This document shows positions 22,232-24,000 of a DNA stretch of 24,000 nt, piece by piece (positions within the stretch are counted from its first letter, which is position 1; every line of letters starts with the position of its first letter). The position numbers and the translations under genes are program-made. Below the pieces are notes generated by a model that saw only the letters and a program-made list of their open reading frames with translations, made no database searches and was not told the origin of the DNA. The stretch comes from Lysobacter sp. GCM10012299 (GTDB lineage Bacteria > Pseudomonadota > Gammaproteobacteria > Xanthomonadales > Xanthomonadaceae), in the NCBI RefSeq assembly GCF_042649405.1, contig NZ_JBHRZC010000004.1, positions 103,127-127,126 of the forward strand. The letters are read 5' to 3'.

Positions 22232-24000
22232 CTACGACAACGCCACTTCGCGAGCAGCAAGGGCGCGATCGAGCACCGACTTCAACGCCAACGGCTTCAC
22301 CGGCTTGGCGAGCAGCGACAGCCCCGCTTCTTCCACCGCGCGACGCACGACGTCTCCGCGATCGGCGCTGAGGATCAACGTCGGTCGCGCACCGAACTGC
22401 AATTCCAGCCGCTCCGCCAGCGCCACGCCGGTGTCGCCATCATCGAGGTGATAGTCGAACAACCACAGCGAGGCCGGCCCGCGCTGCAGCGCCGCTTCGG
22501 CCTCGACGCCATTGCGCGCGGTGACGACGTCGAAGCCCCAGCCTTGCAGCACGGCGGCCAGGGCGGACATCGCCTGGGGATCGTTGTCCACCACCAGCAC
22601 CCGCAACGCCGCATCCGCGTTGGGCGCGGTCGACGCCAGTACCGGCCGCGGAGCGCTGCGCACGCGTACCGTGAACACCGTGCCGCGGCCAAGCTGGCTG
22701 CGGAGGCCCAGTGGCGCATCAAGCAATTGCGCGATGCGTTCGGCGATCGACAAGCCCAGACCGAGCCCCTGCCCCGGCGCATCCTCGCCACGACGGAATT
22801 CCTCGAAGATCGCCGTCTGCTGGCTTGCAGCGATGCCCGGGCCGCTGTCGTGCACTTCGATGCGCCATCCGTCGCCGTCGCGGCGCACGCCCAGCACCAC
22901 GCCACCGCGCTCGGTATATCTCACCGCGTTGGCAAGGAAGTTCTGCAACACGCGGCGCAATAGCTGCGGGTCGGTGTGCGCCCAGGCGCGGCTGGCGACG
23001 AAGCCGAACTCGAGGCCACGCGCGGCCGAGATCGCGCGGAATTCCGAAGCCAGCGGTTCAAGCACCTCGGCCAGCGGGAACGGACGCGGCTGCGGCACCA
23101 GGCCGCCCGCCTCCAGCCGCGACATGTCGAGCAGGCCGGTGAGCAGGTCGCTGGTCGAATCCAGCGCGCCGCCGATCTGCACCACGGTTTCGCGCTGGCG
23201 CGGCTCGTGCAACTGCTGCGACAGCGCATCGGTGAACAGTTGCGCCGCATGCAGCGGCTGCATCAGGTCGTGGCCGATCGCGGCCAGGAAGCGGCTCTTG
23301 GCTTCGTTGGCACGCTCGGCGTCGCGCTTGGCCACTTCCAGGTCGGTGGTGCGCTCGACGACGCGTTGCTCCAGCGTTTCGTTGGCCATGATCAACCCGG
23401 CCTCGGCACGACGGAACGCGGTGACATCGGTGAAGGTCGCAACGAAGCCGCCGCCGGGCATCGGGTTGCCGCGGATTTCGATGATGCTGCCGTCGTGCAG
23501 CACGCGCTCGGACAGGTGCGCGGTACCGGCGCGCATGAAGCCCAGGCGCCGCTCGAGGGCACGTTCGAGGTCGCCCTGCGGCGGCATCCGCTGCAAGGCC
23601 CAGCGCGACAGCTCGGCAATCGGCCGGCCAACCTGAAGCAGTTCCGGCGGGAAGCCGAACAACTCGACATAGCGACGGTTCCACGCCACCAGCCGCAACT
23701 GCGCGTCGACCACGCTGATGCCCTGGCTCATGTTCTGCAGCGCCGCTTCCAGCACGCGCTGGTTGAAGCGCAGGTCGGCCGAGGCCTCGCCGACGATCGC
23801 CGCGACGGTGTCGAGCTCGTGCCCGCTCGCCCTTCGCGCCGCATCCAGCAGCACACGCGCCGACGCTGAACCCAGCACCGCGGCCAGTTCGCGTTCGATC
23901 CGTTCTTCGATCAGCGCGGCCACCGGCTCGCCGGCGGGTACGCCCTGCAGCAACTGCATCACGCGTTCGCGCGGCAGGAATCGCAGGCCGGCGTTGCGCA
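22232..24000 (-). CDS. PAS-containing hybrid sensor histidine kinase/response regulator, 5'-truncated by the window edge (CrbS/MxtR-like C-terminal architecture)
   Basis: PAS region (MSQGISVVDAQLRLVAWNRRYVELFGFP), H-box SRFLAAIGHDLMQPLHAA, HATPase blocks (NAVRYT, DSGPGI, GQGLGLGLSI), and a C-terminal REC (VLVVDND...LFDYHLDDGDTG...KPV). The reading frame stays open from the GTG at 23962 to nt 24000, so the N-terminal sensor part lies outside the window. Confidence 0.9.
   Translation of the reverse strand, partial: RNAGLRFLPRERVMQLLQGVPAGEPVAALIEERIERELAAVLGSASARVLLDAARRASGHELDTVAAIVGEASADLRFNQRVLEAALQNMSQGISVVDAQLRLVAWNRRYVELFGFPPELLQVGRPIAELSRWALQRMPPQGDLERALERRLGFMRAGTAHLSERVLHDGSIIEIRGNPMPGGGFVATFTDVTAFRRAEAGLIMANETLEQRVVERTTDLEVAKRDAERANEAKSRFLAAIGHDLMQPLHAAQLFTDALSQQLHEPRQRETVVQIGGALDSTSDLLTGLLDMSRLEAGGLVPQPRPFPLAEVLEPLASEFRAISAARGLEFGFVASRAWAHTDPQLLRRVLQNFLANAVRYTERGGVVLGVRRDGDGWRIEVHDSGPGIAASQQTAIFEEFRRGEDAPGQGLGLGLSIAERIAQLLDAPLGLRSQLGRGTVFTVRVRSAPRPVLASTAPNADAALRVLVVDNDPQAMSALAAVLQGWGFDVVTARNGVEAEAALQRGPASLWLFDYHLDDGDTGVALAERLELQFGARPTLILSADRGDVVRRAVEEAGLSLLAKPVKPLALKSVLDRALAAREVALS

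Noticed and set aside
1-24000. Mobile elements, prophage genes, toxin-antitoxin pairs, restriction-modification genes, retron/DGR reverse transcriptases
   Set aside because: I recognised no integrase, transposase, reverse transcriptase, nuclease or methylase motifs in any frame. GC content and codon usage look uniform apart from nt 1-58.

Overview
High-GC (about two-thirds G+C by eye) proteobacterial chromosomal DNA. It is most consistent with a Xanthomonadales/Lysobacterales-type gammaproteobacterium, judging by GTAG-headed REP hairpins, a 3-hydroxybutyrate-oligomer hydrolase family gene and strong GC3 codon bias. I call about 25 protein genes. No rRNA, intact tRNA, CRISPR array, transposase or integrase is visible. 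Left to right: (i) an orphan tRNA 3' end with an AT-rich flank and a strong terminator at the window edge, which looks like the attR-type border of an element lying upstream of the window; (ii) a small membrane protein, an SRAP/YedK-family protein with a large helical insertion, and another membrane protein; (iii) a tightly packed plus-strand operon of AI-2E transporter, NodT-type outer-membrane lipoprotein, HlyD-type adaptor and DUF2955 (half-size FUSC/ArAE-like) membrane protein; (iv) on the minus strand, an 83-aa orphan, a DUF4242 protein and a large AAA/TPR/LuxR (LAL/MalT-like) regulator; (v) small orphans (75 aa, 68 aa), a secreted alpha/beta (S9-like) hydrolase, an NRDE/TANGO2-family protein and a DedA-rhodanese fusion; (vi) a 6.6-kb same-strand run of 3HB-oligomer hydrolase, pssA, phaE, phaC (class III PHA synthase), SGNH lipoprotein, DUF5329, PspC-domain mini-protein and an HExxH membrane protein; (vii) a NarL-type response regulator divergent from the hydrolase and convergent with a 5'-truncated PAS hybrid histidine kinase (CrbS/CrbR- or MxtR/ErdR-like), separated by three REP units. 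The best candidates for something undescribed are the extended PHA cluster (including a PhaE with a PhaF-like AKP tail), the AI-2E/OMF/MFP/DUF2955 operon, the 83-aa/DUF4242/LAL module and the insertion-bearing SRAP protein. All family assignments come from motif recognition by eye. No database search was run.
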